From: Eledone cirrhosa | Lineage: Eukaryota | Direction of reading: 5' to 3' | Assembly (NCBI GenBank): GCA_964016885.1 | Contig: OZ024745.1 | Location: 22,878,001 to 22,942,000, forward strand | DNA length: 64,000 bases | In this document: positions 12,992 through 23,550 of the stretch, piece by piece | Layout of the letters: each line of letters starts with the position of its first letter | Numbering within the stretch: the stretch's first letter is position 1 | Translations under genes and position numbers: made by a program | Notes under the pieces: model-generated | Seen by the model: only the letters and a program-made list of their open reading frames with translations | Database searches by the model: none | What the model was told of the DNA's origin: nothing

Positions 12992-13060
<69 letters not shown>

Positions 13061-13552
13061 ATACTTTGGGAGGGTCATGTTGCCAATAAGAAACACACGC
13101 ACCAGTTGCTTTCACTTCAATTTAATTTAATATATATTTATAAATTTACAAATTTATAAATTTCTGGTTGGTTGGTTGGTTCCACAACCAGATAGTTGTT
13201 TATATATATATAGTCATAGTTCTTTCGTCACACACTCTGTGACCTCTTCAGTGACTGGGGATTTCTTTCTTCGTTTCTGTGCCTTTCCTTTCTTCTATCC
13301 TACGCCATTTTGTTTGTGTGTGGGTTGCGTGCTCAGTTTGCGCATGCGCCACATCCGGGTGTCTGTGTGTGTTTGTGTTCATTTTTCTATTTTTCTATTT
13401 ATATTTGTTTGTTTATTTATTTATTTATTGTTGGTTGGTTGTTTGTTCTATGTGTGTGTGTGTTTTCATTTTGTCTTGTGTGTGTTTTCATTTTGTGTGT
13501 GTTTTCAATTGTAAGTTGTTTATATATGTGTGTGTGTGTTTTCATTTTGTCC

Positions 13553-15025
13553 TTAATTGTAAGTTGTGATGTTACTGTTCCACTCATATTTTCTATTTAA
13601 TTTTGGTTTTAATTCTTTTATGCTTACTGCCTCTGTAATTTGCCTAAACATTGCGTCTTTCTTGTGTGTGGATTCTATTTTTATTTCTATGCTCTCTAAT
13701 TTACCCCTGTGTTCTATCTTAGCATGTTGGTAGAGCACAGCTGATTCTTTACTATCTTGGAGGTCTCGCCAGTGTTCATTTATTCGTTCCCCTATACTAC
13801 GAGCTGTCTCACCTATGTACACTATATTTTTGTTTCTACATTGTCCCTCAGTACATCTTATGCTATATACTACATTTCTAGTTTTACAGTTAATATGGGG
13901 GCTTATTTTACAGGTTATACATTTCTTATCTATACATGAGGGTCTTTGGAACGGGTATGTCTTGCTAATAAGTGTTTTTACGGAGGTACCAGGTCTTTCT
14001 ACTATCTTAATATTGAGATTATGTTTCTTTAGGGCCCTTCTAAATTTGTAGGCTAGTTCACCTCTAGGGGTTGTATTGATGAACATTACACTCTGGTATT
14101 TATTGCTATCATACCATGAGTTTATTCTATTGGCCTTGTTCTTAGTTCTTTCTATTCTATTCCAAAATTTGCTCCTATACAAGGGGCAGGTCCCATTTAT
14201 GTCATTATTTACCATTTTTTCCCATTTGGTTCTGGCTCCTTTATACACTCTGATTCTATCTCTCTGATTGTAGCCAGAGAACTGCATACGGTGGATGAAG
14301 TGTTGTATGTGTCTCTCTAGTTCTTCGGGGTTGCACATGCGGGACACATTTCTCATCACCCGTATCAAATCCGCAATCAGTATGTTGATTTTGGTATGGT
14401 CCGAAATGGCCGAGTTTCGGTGGATCAGATGTTTGGAAGTCATGGGTTTGGCATAATGGGAATGGAGGATTTGTTTTTGGTTGTTAATAGTATCTAACCA
14501 GAGCTCTGTGTCTAGTACAGGTAATCGATGGTTGGGGTGTCTACTTGGGTAGTCTATAGTAACTCTAATGCTCTGGTGGATGGAGTTTGCTATTTGCTGG
14601 ATGCTTTCCATTGTGTTTTTCTCAGGTTCCTGACTGTTCTTTAGTGGGGGTGTCTTAACTACGATGTTTATATCATCTACGTAGCGGGAGTACATTATCA
14701 GGGTTAATCTGTCTTCTAATTGTTCTTTAAGTTTTTGTTTAAGTCTACTGTCCCACCATACCATGAACAAGTTAGCTATGTCGCCTGCAATGCTAACACC
14801 AATGGCTGCTCCTTCCTCTTGGGCATATGTTTTACCATTAAATTTGAACATATGTTCCTTAAGGGTTAATTTTATGCTGGCCCCTACCGCATGTGCAATC
14901 ATTTTCTTCAGTTCATCGTGGTTTTCGGGTGTCCGTATGGCTCTGGTCCACCCGTTCCATCTATCTGTGTGGGTTTTCTTGGCCATTGAGGTAATGGTAG
15001 GTGGTCTGCCTCTTGCTGGTCTTGT
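13553..15025 (-). CDS. 5'-truncated PLE RT + GIY-YIG ORF (open; first Met at 14986)
   Basis: QEEGAAIG...ANLFM, YSRYVDD, LPVLD..W, Cys-rich linker CIDKKCITC, NVVYSIRC...YIGETAR...RINEH. Confidence 0.9.
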   Translation of the reverse strand, partial: TRPARGRPPTITSMAKKTHTDRWNGWTRAIRTPENHDELKKMIAHAVGASIKLTLKEHMFKFNGKTYAQEEGAAIGVSIAGDIANLFMVWWDSRLKQKLKEQLEDRLTLIMYSRYVDDINIVVKTPPLKNSQEPEKNTMESIQQIANSIHQSIRVTIDYPSRHPNHRLPVLDTELWLDTINNQKQILHSHYAKPMTSKHLIHRNSAISDHTKINILIADLIRVMRNVSRMCNPEELERHIQHFIHRMQFSGYNQRDRIRVYKGARTKWEKMVNNDINGTCPLYRSKFWNRIERTKNKANRINSWYDSNKYQSVMFINTTPRGELAYKFRRALKKHNLNIKIVERPGTSVKTLISKTYPFQRPSCIDKKCITCKISPHINCKTRNVVYSIRCTEGQCRNKNIVYIGETARSIGERINEHWRDLQDSKESAVLYQHAKIEHRGKLESIEIKIESTHKKDAMFRQITEAVSIKELKPKLNRKYEWNSNITTYN

Positions 15026-15028
15026 ACT

Positions 15029-15691
15029 ATGGTAAATAATGACATAAATGGGACCTGCCCCTTGTATAGGAGCAAATTTTGGAATAGAATAGAAAGAACT
15101 AAGAACAAGGCCAATAGAATAAACTCATGGTATGATAGCAATAAATACCAGAGTGTAATGTTCATCAATACAACCCCTAGAGGTGAACTAGCCTACAAAT
15201 TTAGAAGGGCCCTAAAGAAACATAATCTCAATATTAAGATAGTAGAAAGACCTGGTACCTCCGTAAAAACACTTATTAGCAAGACATACCCGTTCCAAAG
15301 ACCCTCATGTATAGATAAGAAATGTATAACCTGTAAAATAAGCCCCCATATTAACTGTAAAACTAGAAATGTAGTATATAGCATAAGATGTACTGAGGGA
15401 CAATGTAGAAACAAAAATATAGTGTACATAGGTGAGACAGCTCGTAGTATAGGGGAACGAATAAATGAACACTGGCGAGACCTCCAAGATAGTAAAGAAT
15501 CATCTGTGCTCTACCAACATGCTAAGATAGAACACAGGGGTAAATTAGAGAGCATAGAAATAAAAATAGAATCCACACACAAGAAAGACGCAATGTTTAG
15601 GCAAATTACAGAGGCAGTAAGCATAAAAGAATTAAAACCAAAATTAAATAGAAAATATGAGTGGAACAGTAACATCACAACTTACAATTAA
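15029..15691 (+). CDS. Inverted duplicate of the PLE C-terminus (GIY-YIG endonuclease, 220 aa)
   Basis: Identical to the last 220 aa of 13553-14986 except one residue (ESAVL vs ESSVL). Confidence 0.85.
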   Translation: MVNNDINGTCPLYRSKFWNRIERTKNKANRINSWYDSNKYQSVMFINTTPRGELAYKFRRALKKHNLNIKIVERPGTSVKTLISKTYPFQRPSCIDKKCITCKISPHINCKTRNVVYSIRCTEGQCRNKNIVYIGETARSIGERINEHWRDLQDSKESSVLYQHAKIEHRGKLESIEIKIESTHKKDAMFRQITEAVSIKELKPKLNRKYEWNSNITTYN

Positions 15692-15987
15692 GGACAAAAT
15701 GAAAACACACACACACATATATAAACAACTTACAATTGAAAACACACACAAAATGAAAACACACACAAGACAAAATGAAAACACACACACACATAGAACA
15801 AACAACCAACCAACAATAAATAAATAAATAAACAAACAAATATAAATAGAAAAATAGAAAAATGAACACAAACACACACAGACACCCGGATGTGGCGCAT
15901 GCGCAAACTGAGCACGCAACCCACACACAAACAAAATGGCGTAGGATAGAAGAAAGGAAAGGCACAGAAACGAAGAAAGAAATCCCC

Positions 15988-16032
15988 AGTCACTGAAGAG
16001 GTCACAGAGTGTGTGACGAAAGAACTATGACT
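15988..16032 (+). ncRNA. Minimal type I hammerhead motif (mirror copy 13212-13256 on minus strand)
   Basis: AGTCA-CTGAAGA-G-GTCAC(AGAGTGT)GTGAC-GAAA-GAACTA-TGACT: stems I and II, minimal stem III, CUA site. Confidence 0.8.
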
Positions 16033-16451
16033 ATATATATATAAACAACTATCTGGTTGTGGAACCAACCAACCAACCAGAAATTTATAAATTTGTAAAT
16101 TTATAAATATATATTAAATTAAATTGAAGTGAAAGCAACTGGTGCGTGTGTTTCTTATTGGCAACATGACCCTCCCAAAGTATAACAATATCGGTTTCAA
16201 CACACGATTTCAGATAAAGAATCTTGCTAAACAAATTCAGAAACGAAATATATATATATATATATACACATATATATATATGTATGTATATATATATACA
16301 TATGAAGAGGTTCTGACTGTATGCTCTGCTAGGTCTACAAATTCATGTGGGTCACTCATATAAGTTATTTGTTCATCATAACTACTATCTGTTGAAATTC
16401 TTCACACCATCTCTTATCGCCATCTACCTTGCTCTCTTCTACACATTAAAC

Positions 16452-16474
16452 TCATCATCACCATCATCATCATC

Positions 16475-16551
<77 letters not shown>

Positions 16552-16892
16552 CACCATCACCATTATCATCACCATCATCATCATCACCATCATCACCATC
16601 ATCATCATCATCACCATCATCATCACCATCATCACCATCATCATCGTCATCATCATCATCACCATTATTATCACCACCATCATCATCATCATCATCATCA
16701 TCGTCACCATCATCACCGTCATCATCATCATCATCATCATCATCATCGGCATCATCATCAACGTCGTCGTCGTCGTCATCAACACTATCATCATCATCAT
16801 CATCATTATCACCATCACTACCATCATCATCATCGTCACCACCATCATCATCATCATCATCGTCGCCGCTGTCGTCGTCAACATCATCACTG

Positions 16893-16931
<39 letters not shown>

Positions 16932-16945
16932 CCATCATCAGCCGT
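16452..16945. repeat. (CAT/CAC)n trinucleotide microsatellite
   Basis: Direct inspection. Confidence 0.97.
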
Positions 16946-17347
16946 CATCACCCTCAACAACGCCATTATAATCATCTGCTTCTCACACTACACTTAATTC
17001 CCGGCAACCTCTCCCCCCACCTTCTCGTCAAAATAATCATAATCATCATCATCATTATCATCATCATCATCAACAACAACAACATTATCATCGTTTACAT
17101 CTGCTTCTCTTTCCTCCTCTCTCTCTCACACGCACCTCTCACTATCTCTCTTCATCACCTGCTTGATTCTATCATTTCCTTTTGCTCGCTCTCTCTCTCT
17201 CTCACTCTCTCTCTCTCTCTCAGCCCCCCCCCCCTCACTGCTATCATGACTGACAAACTGGTACTAAATTCCCAGTGAACCATCCATCACAACTAACTAA
17301 ACCACGCATCCATAACAAACCTAACCAAAGTAATGGAGCACAGCTGT

Positions 17348-17348
17348 A

Positions 17349-17409
<61 letters not shown>

Positions 17410-17410
17410 G

Positions 17411-17485
<75 letters not shown>

Positions 17486-17498
17486 GTCTATCTATCTG

Positions 17499-17545
<47 letters not shown>

Positions 17546-17546
17546 G

Positions 17547-17597
<51 letters not shown>

Positions 17598-17598
17598 G

Positions 17599-17669
<71 letters not shown>

Positions 17670-17670
17670 G

Positions 17671-17724
<54 letters not shown>
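17348..17724. repeat. (TCTA)n microsatellite flanking the Tx1 element
   Basis: Direct inspection. Confidence 0.97.
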
Positions 17725-17726
<2 letters not shown>

Positions 17727-17927
17727 GATAGAGTAAGACACGCTTCGCATCGGCTCCGCTATTCCATCGGGATTTACCCTTACTATTGTAAGTACCGGAT
17801 AAATTTTTTAGTGCAACACATTTGGAACACTAACCCCTGTTATTTAGGGAAACATTTTTGCATTTACCCCCTTTTTAGGGGGTAAAATAAATATCTATTT
17901 TTGCCGAAAAATTTCTTTCTTGGCAGC

Positions 17928-19764
17928 ATGGCGGAAAAGATGGCAGACATGTCTGCCATTAGCTCTGCCACGCCCCCCAAGTCTGAAGAACAAAAAATAA
18001 TTACAACAAAATTAGACATTGAAACAAACAAACAAAATGAAAAAACAAATGTTAAGGAAAATGAGCAAACAGAAAACAAACAAACAGAAAATAATACAAA
18101 TAACGACAGGGCAACTTTCGCCCAGAAAACAAAGCAATCCATTACATACACACCAATTGACCTAACTGCCGCCAGAGAAAAACTGGCCGAAGCAAAGAAA
18201 CATATTGTTTTGGGGGAAAACGGAATGTTTTCCATTAACTCCCCCCCAGAATTCAAGAAAGCCAGAGCAGAAAACACAGTTATATACAGAACTATACTAA
18301 ACCAGTCAAGAAAGCCAGCACAGCCCAGCCAAATGGAAATAGAGTTAGTCCTAAAAGACTATATGAAGAATATTCTCTTCATACGAAAGGACCGACTCTA
18401 TGGCAGCATTTCGGTCCTAACAAGAGACAAAGAAACGGCGGTTCAGCTTTCCCTAAGCCCACTCTCGTCGACAACATATAGCTTCTATCCCTCCTACATG
18501 GGTAGAAGAACTCAGAGAATAAAAGTAAAAACAATGCTGCCCACAATGGACTTCTGGTGGGCTATTGCTGGCTTCATTGATATGGGCGAAGACACTATGC
18601 TGTCAATGGGGAAGGCAACTGGAGATGCGTTCCTGGGAATGGGCCTCGACATACTAGTCCAAATGAGGCCCGAAAGAATAGCACAAATCCCGGATCGCAT
18701 CTGGCTGGATGACCTTACCCCAATAGACATAATTGTAGAGGGGAGAAGACCAGCATGCTATTTATGCATGGAAAGGGGACACGTTAAGGCTAACTGCCCG
18801 AAACGTATCCCCCAAAAAGGACTATTGCCCACACCCACCACAAACAGTACACCAGCACCACCCACCTCCAAAAATACACTAATACCACACACAGCAAACA
18901 AAATACAGACACCACCAACCACAAACACAACACAAACATCACCACCACCAGCACCAAACACAAGCACGACACAAAAATCACCACCACCAACCACAACACA
19001 AACATCACCACCACCATTACCAACCACAAGCACGACACAAACATTACCACCACCACCACCACAAAACCCATTCCAAACAAATAATAAAAAAAACAGTAAC
19101 AAATCTACCCCTCCCGCAAAAAAAAAAACAACCACACAACACGTCCCTCCCACCTAGCGCTGAAGAGTTTCCCCCAACTTCTGAAGAAGAAGGAGGAGAA
19201 GCCTTCAGACAAGTTAAAAGAAAAAAAAGAAAACACACACCCAGCACACCACAAATAACCCACACACAAACACCAACTCCAATCAAAAACACCCCACCCT
19301 CAACAAACAAAAATAAATCTGCGCCTCCCCTCTCCGAAACATTGACAGCATCACAAAAAAAGACGTTGCAATACACATATATAAATAAAGAAAACAAAAA
19401 ACTGGTTAAATTAATAAACAATAACCCTATGGTGCAGACCGAAGGGCCAAATTTTATCTCAACAGAGAACTTCACCCATTTAAAAATGATAAAGGTCCCT
19501 CTGGACCTTTATCGTTCCTTACAAGAACAATTTAGACGGGACGTGAGCCCCCCCTGTTTAAAACCGTTGAATCGCGTCCTCTTGAAAGATTTCCCCATAA
19601 CCGCCCCTCTCCCTGACACAACTCCAAATACCCCAACCCCACCACACACGTGTACCCCCACACCACCACAAAACATCCCTCCACCCAACACACCTGATGC
19701 CATGGAAATTACGCCACCCGGAGAGGTAAGTGCTTTTCTTTCTTCACTTTCAACACCAAAATAG
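17928..19764 (+). CDS. Tx1-type ORF1 (gag-like, CCHC knuckle, Pro/Thr-rich) with one frameshift near the A11 run at 19118-19128
   Basis: CYLCMERGHVKANC knuckle. After the A-run the next frame is open (…EAFRQVKRKKRK…) through 19342 to the stop at 19764. Confidence 0.8.
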
Positions 19765-19769
19765 ATCAA

Positions 19770-22700
19770 TTGAGAGTTGGCTGTTTGAACGCGCGTGGCC
19801 TGAGCTCAGCTTGGAAGCAAGCAAAGCTTCTAAGTGACCTCAGGTCACAAAGTATAGATGTGATGGTTGTTTGCGAGAGTCGGATCAGCAGCGTGAGACA
19901 GCTGGCGCCCGCCTTCGATGACTTTGAGATGCACGCATCTCTCTGTCAACCCGGAGGCGGGGGGGGAGTTGCCGTACTGCTGGATAAACGTCTGACTCTC
20001 GACGTACAGATTGTTCACTCGGACCCGGGGGGTCGATTACTGGTGCTGGACGTCGGAGGTGGTGAAGGCGGGGCTTTCAGACTGGTCGGTCTTTATGCTC
20101 CCTTCGGGGCGGAGAGAGCCGACTTCTTCCAACGTCTGGAGACTTTTCTAGGAACGTCGCGTTCCCTGCTTTTAGTGGGGGACTGGAATGGAATCCTAGA
20201 TGCGCGTTGGGACTATGCAGGGGCATGTCCCGATAGAGGGGGGTGTAGCAGCCTCAAGGGGTTACTCGATCGATTCGACCTGGTCGATAGATTTCGACTA
20301 GATTGTCCAACTGCGCCAACCTGGACCTGGGCAAACCGCAGTGGACAATCTAGATCGTACCTAGATAGGTTTTTGGTTAGGAGTAAGGATAGGGACGTAT
20401 TTAGTTGTCCAGAACTGATCATGGTTGGCTATTCAGATCACAAATTAGTGACCTGCGTGGTCAACCTTGATAGAACGCATAGACAGGGTCCCGGTTACTG
20501 GAAGATGAACTTGTCCTTACCGACAAAGAAAGATTACAGAAACCGGATTAGTAGCTTAGTTAAGATGCGGTTGACGGGAGCGATCGTCAACAGTAGGTGG
20601 TGGATATCTCTAAAGAGAGAGATTAGAGTAAGTTCGATAGGTTACAGTAAGGAACTAGCGGCGAATAGAAATAGGAGGGAAAGGGAGTTAACAGATAAAC
20701 TAGAAGAGGCGATTAGGAGCGGAGACGTAGCCAGAGTGTTAGCGACGAGAACGGCATTGAGCCAGTTCTTTGACGCGAAGCACGAAGGCTGCGTTGTCCG
20801 AAGTAAAATACGTGCTTTAGGAAACGAGGGGACCAAAGCTGTTAGCTGGGCCCGCGTGACAGAAGCCAAGAGTGGGATTAAATCCACCATTCGGTCTTTG
20901 CGAGACCAGGATGGACGGGTGATCCTTGAACCTGAGCGAATGTGCGAGACCTTTCAAAGGCACTTTGCTCGACTGTTCGGAGGTGGCGGGGGGCCGGACG
21001 GGGATGTGGACTTCGGTCCATACCTCGACGGTCTACCGCGTCTTTCGAGCGGCGAAGCGGAGTGCTGCGAAGGGCCAATCACAGCCACTGAAATCGGGGA
21101 AGCGCTCAGCCAATGCAGCAGACGCAAATCCCCGGGTCTCGATGGTCTACCATACGAACTTTATTTAGCTATGCCGGTCTTGTTCTCCGAACTCCTCGAG
21201 GCTGTCTATTGCAACTGGCAACAGAACGGGAGAATTCCCTGTTCTGTGACCAAGGGCGTGGTCACGCTAGTGAGGAAGGACGAGAGCAAGGGGGACGACT
21301 TAAGTAACTTTAGGCCCATAACTCTGCTGAATGCAGAGTTACAGATTTTGGCCAAGGTGTTGACGAAGAGGTTGGCGCTTGTGGTGGGTGGTTTGGTGGG
21401 AGACGCGCAGACATGCGCTATCCCGTCCAGGTCCATTCACGACAACCTCCACCTCATGCGATACATCATAGAGAGGGTTGGCTACGAACCCGGCTTTGGT
21501 GGGGCCCTGATCAACTTGGATCAATCTAAGGCGTTCGATAGGGTCGACCATGGTTACCTGGATGCGGTGCTAGCGGCGGCGGGCTTCGGACCCGTTTTCA
21601 GGGGCTGGATTTCTGCCATGCACAGTGGCAACATCTACTCTAGGATTAAAGTAAACGGCTACCTCTCGGAGCCGTTTCAAATCACCCGATCCATCAGACA
21701 GGGGTGCCCCCTCTCCTCCCTTCTGTACGTATTGACTCTCGAGCCACTGCTGCGGAAGTTGGAGTTGCTGCGGGGCATACCCCTGGAACCGGGATTGCAC
21801 AAAGCGGTCTCGGCCTATGCCGACGACGTAACAGTAATGGTGGCGGACGCCTCGGAAATCGGGGCGATCGCCACCCTACTGGAGGAATACGAAAGGCTGA
21901 CGGGGGCTAAGCTGAACCAGGACAAGTCAGTCGGTTTGCAACTCGGAACGTGGAGGGGCAAACCGATGCCGTTAGACGGTGTCGTCGGGCGGTGGACGGA
22001 GGGCCCGGTGAAGCTGCTCGGGGTCTGGTTCGGACCGGACCTCCAGGTGGAGAAGAATTGGGGCGAGGTGACGAGCAGGGTGTTTGCGCTGACCCAGAAG
22101 TGGGCCAAGTGCAAACTATCACTGAAAGGTCGGGCGGAGGTGACGAACGCTTACATAGCGTCCGTCATCTACTACCGCCTGACCGTCGTGCCTTGCCCCA
22201 AGGAAAAGCTCACCATCATGGAACGCATGCTCTTCCAGTTCCTCTGGAAGAAGCGGCCTCCCATGGTGAGGAGATCCATCTGCTGCCAGCACCCTTCGAA
22301 AGGAGGGCTGGGTATGCCGTGGCTGTTGATGCGTAGGCACGCATTGAGGCTACGGCATCTACAGGTATTCCTCAACGGTCAGCCGGTGTGGGCCCCGTTT
22401 GTGAGGCGAGCCTTCCCACAGCTCGTCTCGCTCACCGAACTGCAATCCTGGGTGAAGCAAAGACCGAGAAAACTGGGCAACTGGCACACTGAGTGTGCCC
22501 AGGCGCTCACGGCTATCTGGCAAGCGGACCCGACTGTCAGTGGAGAATCCACCTCGACATTCTATAGAGGGTTGGTGGCTAGCAGGGGCGACGACACCCT
22601 TGGAGAGTCGCTAGGCATGGAGGAGGACGAACTGGCCAGCCTGTTCGGTAGAACTTTCGGCCCGGGACCCATGGACAACTTCCAGAGGTCCCTAGCCTGG

Positions 22701-23198
22701 CAGTGTTACCGGGGGGCTCTGCCCGTTCGAGAAAAGCTCTACAGACACGGGCGCCCGGGCAGGGATCCCGCGAAAAAGATCTGTCCCAGATGCGTGCGCG
22801 ACGAGGAAACCGTTGCGCATGCACTGGTACACTGCCCGGGCGTTGCCGATCTGTGGGGCTACGTCGAACGACTGCTGTCGCGTGTGGCGCCGATTCGATT
22901 AACCGCCGAGTCTGTGGTGAACATCAAGCCGCCTCCTCCCTTCAGAAATGAAGCAGAGGCGGTCTTTCTGTGCGTAATAGCCATGATGAAAGAGGTTGTG
23001 TGGTGGACGCGCCTGAAAGGTCTGAGGTCGGGTGACTTTCTCTCCGGCCATCACCTGGTTTACTTCTTCCGATACCACTTCGGAAGAAGAATCAGGATGG
23101 AGAGAGAAGTGCTTGGTCCCAGACAGTTTTATGAAAGGTGGGTGAAAGAAGCGAGAATGGCCCGTGTAAATGGGCCTTCTCTCTACATTGTTCTGTAG
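19770..23198 (+). CDS. LINE ORF2: APE endonuclease + reverse transcriptase + C-terminal CCHC (1142 aa, uninterrupted)
   Basis: LNARGL, GDWN, YLDRF, SDH (APE); KSPGLDG, FRPITLLN, LDQSKAFD, RQGCPLS, AYADD (RT); CPRC…H…C. Confidence 0.96.
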   Translation: MRVGCLNARGLSSAWKQAKLLSDLRSQSIDVMVVCESRISSVRQLAPAFDDFEMHASLCQPGGGGGVAVLLDKRLTLDVQIVHSDPGGRLLVLDVGGGEGGAFRLVGLYAPFGAERADFFQRLETFLGTSRSLLLVGDWNGILDARWDYAGACPDRGGCSSLKGLLDRFDLVDRFRLDCPTAPTWTWANRSGQSRSYLDRFLVRSKDRDVFSCPELIMVGYSDHKLVTCVVNLDRTHRQGPGYWKMNLSLPTKKDYRNRISSLVKMRLTGAIVNSRWWISLKREIRVSSIGYSKELAANRNRRERELTDKLEEAIRSGDVARVLATRTALSQFFDAKHEGCVVRSKIRALGNEGTKAVSWARVTEAKSGIKSTIRSLRDQDGRVILEPERMCETFQRHFARLFGGGGGPDGDVDFGPYLDGLPRLSSGEAECCEGPITATEIGEALSQCSRRKSPGLDGLPYELYLAMPVLFSELLEAVYCNWQQNGRIPCSVTKGVVTLVRKDESKGDDLSNFRPITLLNAELQILAKVLTKRLALVVGGLVGDAQTCAIPSRSIHDNLHLMRYIIERVGYEPGFGGALINLDQSKAFDRVDHGYLDAVLAAAGFGPVFRGWISAMHSGNIYSRIKVNGYLSEPFQITRSIRQGCPLSSLLYVLTLEPLLRKLELLRGIPLEPGLHKAVSAYADDVTVMVADASEIGAIATLLEEYERLTGAKLNQDKSVGLQLGTWRGKPMPLDGVVGRWTEGPVKLLGVWFGPDLQVEKNWGEVTSRVFALTQKWAKCKLSLKGRAEVTNAYIASVIYYRLTVVPCPKEKLTIMERMLFQFLWKKRPPMVRRSICCQHPSKGGLGMPWLLMRRHALRLRHLQVFLNGQPVWAPFVRRAFPQLVSLTELQSWVKQRPRKLGNWHTECAQALTAIWQADPTVSGESTSTFYRGLVASRGDDTLGESLGMEEDELASLFGRTFGPGPMDNFQRSLAWQCYRGALPVREKLYRHGRPGRDPAKKICPRCVRDEETVAHALVHCPGVADLWGYVERLLSRVAPIRLTAESVVNIKPPPPFRNEAEAVFLCVIAMMKEVVWWTRLKGLRSGDFLSGHHLVYFFRYHFGRRIRMEREVLGPRQFYERWVKEARMARVNGPSLYIVL

Positions 23199-23429
23199 GT
23201 GAAGAAGTGAAGAGGAAAGGGGGAGCGCCTCCTCTCTGGGCTTCCCCCGCGAAAAGAGTTGCACACTTTTCGGGGGTATGTGCAATCCCCAACACGCCCC
23301 CTCCCTTTTGAGGACTTTTTATTGTTATATTATTATTGTTATTCCTTTTTTCTTTACTCGATTTATGTAAACTCCCCCACTGTGTAAATGTCCCCTTCTT
23401 TTGTGCCCTCGTGGCAAATAAATAGAAAT

Positions 23430-23483
<54 letters not shown>

Positions 23484-23484
23484 G

Positions 23485-23549
<65 letters not shown>

Positions 23550-23550
23550 A

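Larger units (their letters stand above)
13056..16248. mobile_element. Penelope-like element (Neptune/Nematis-type) as a divergent inverted duplication in (TA)n
   Basis: 13056-14215 is the near-perfect reverse complement of 15029-16188. The right arm has an extra ~58-nt tail. Confidence 0.95.
17725..23430 (+). mobile_element. Apparently full-length Tx1/L1-clade LINE inserted in (TCTA)n
   Basis: 5' UTR, ORF1 with zinc knuckle, ORF2 APE-RT-CCHC, 3' UTR with AATAAA, and (TCTA)n on both sides. Confidence 0.92.

Noticed and set aside
16347-16997. Poly-Ser / poly-Asp acidic protein
   Set aside because: This is a (CAT)n microsatellite.
19118-19128. Programmed frameshift in Tx1 ORF1
   Set aside because: It falls in or near an A11 homopolymer, so slippage or a sequencing error is simpler.
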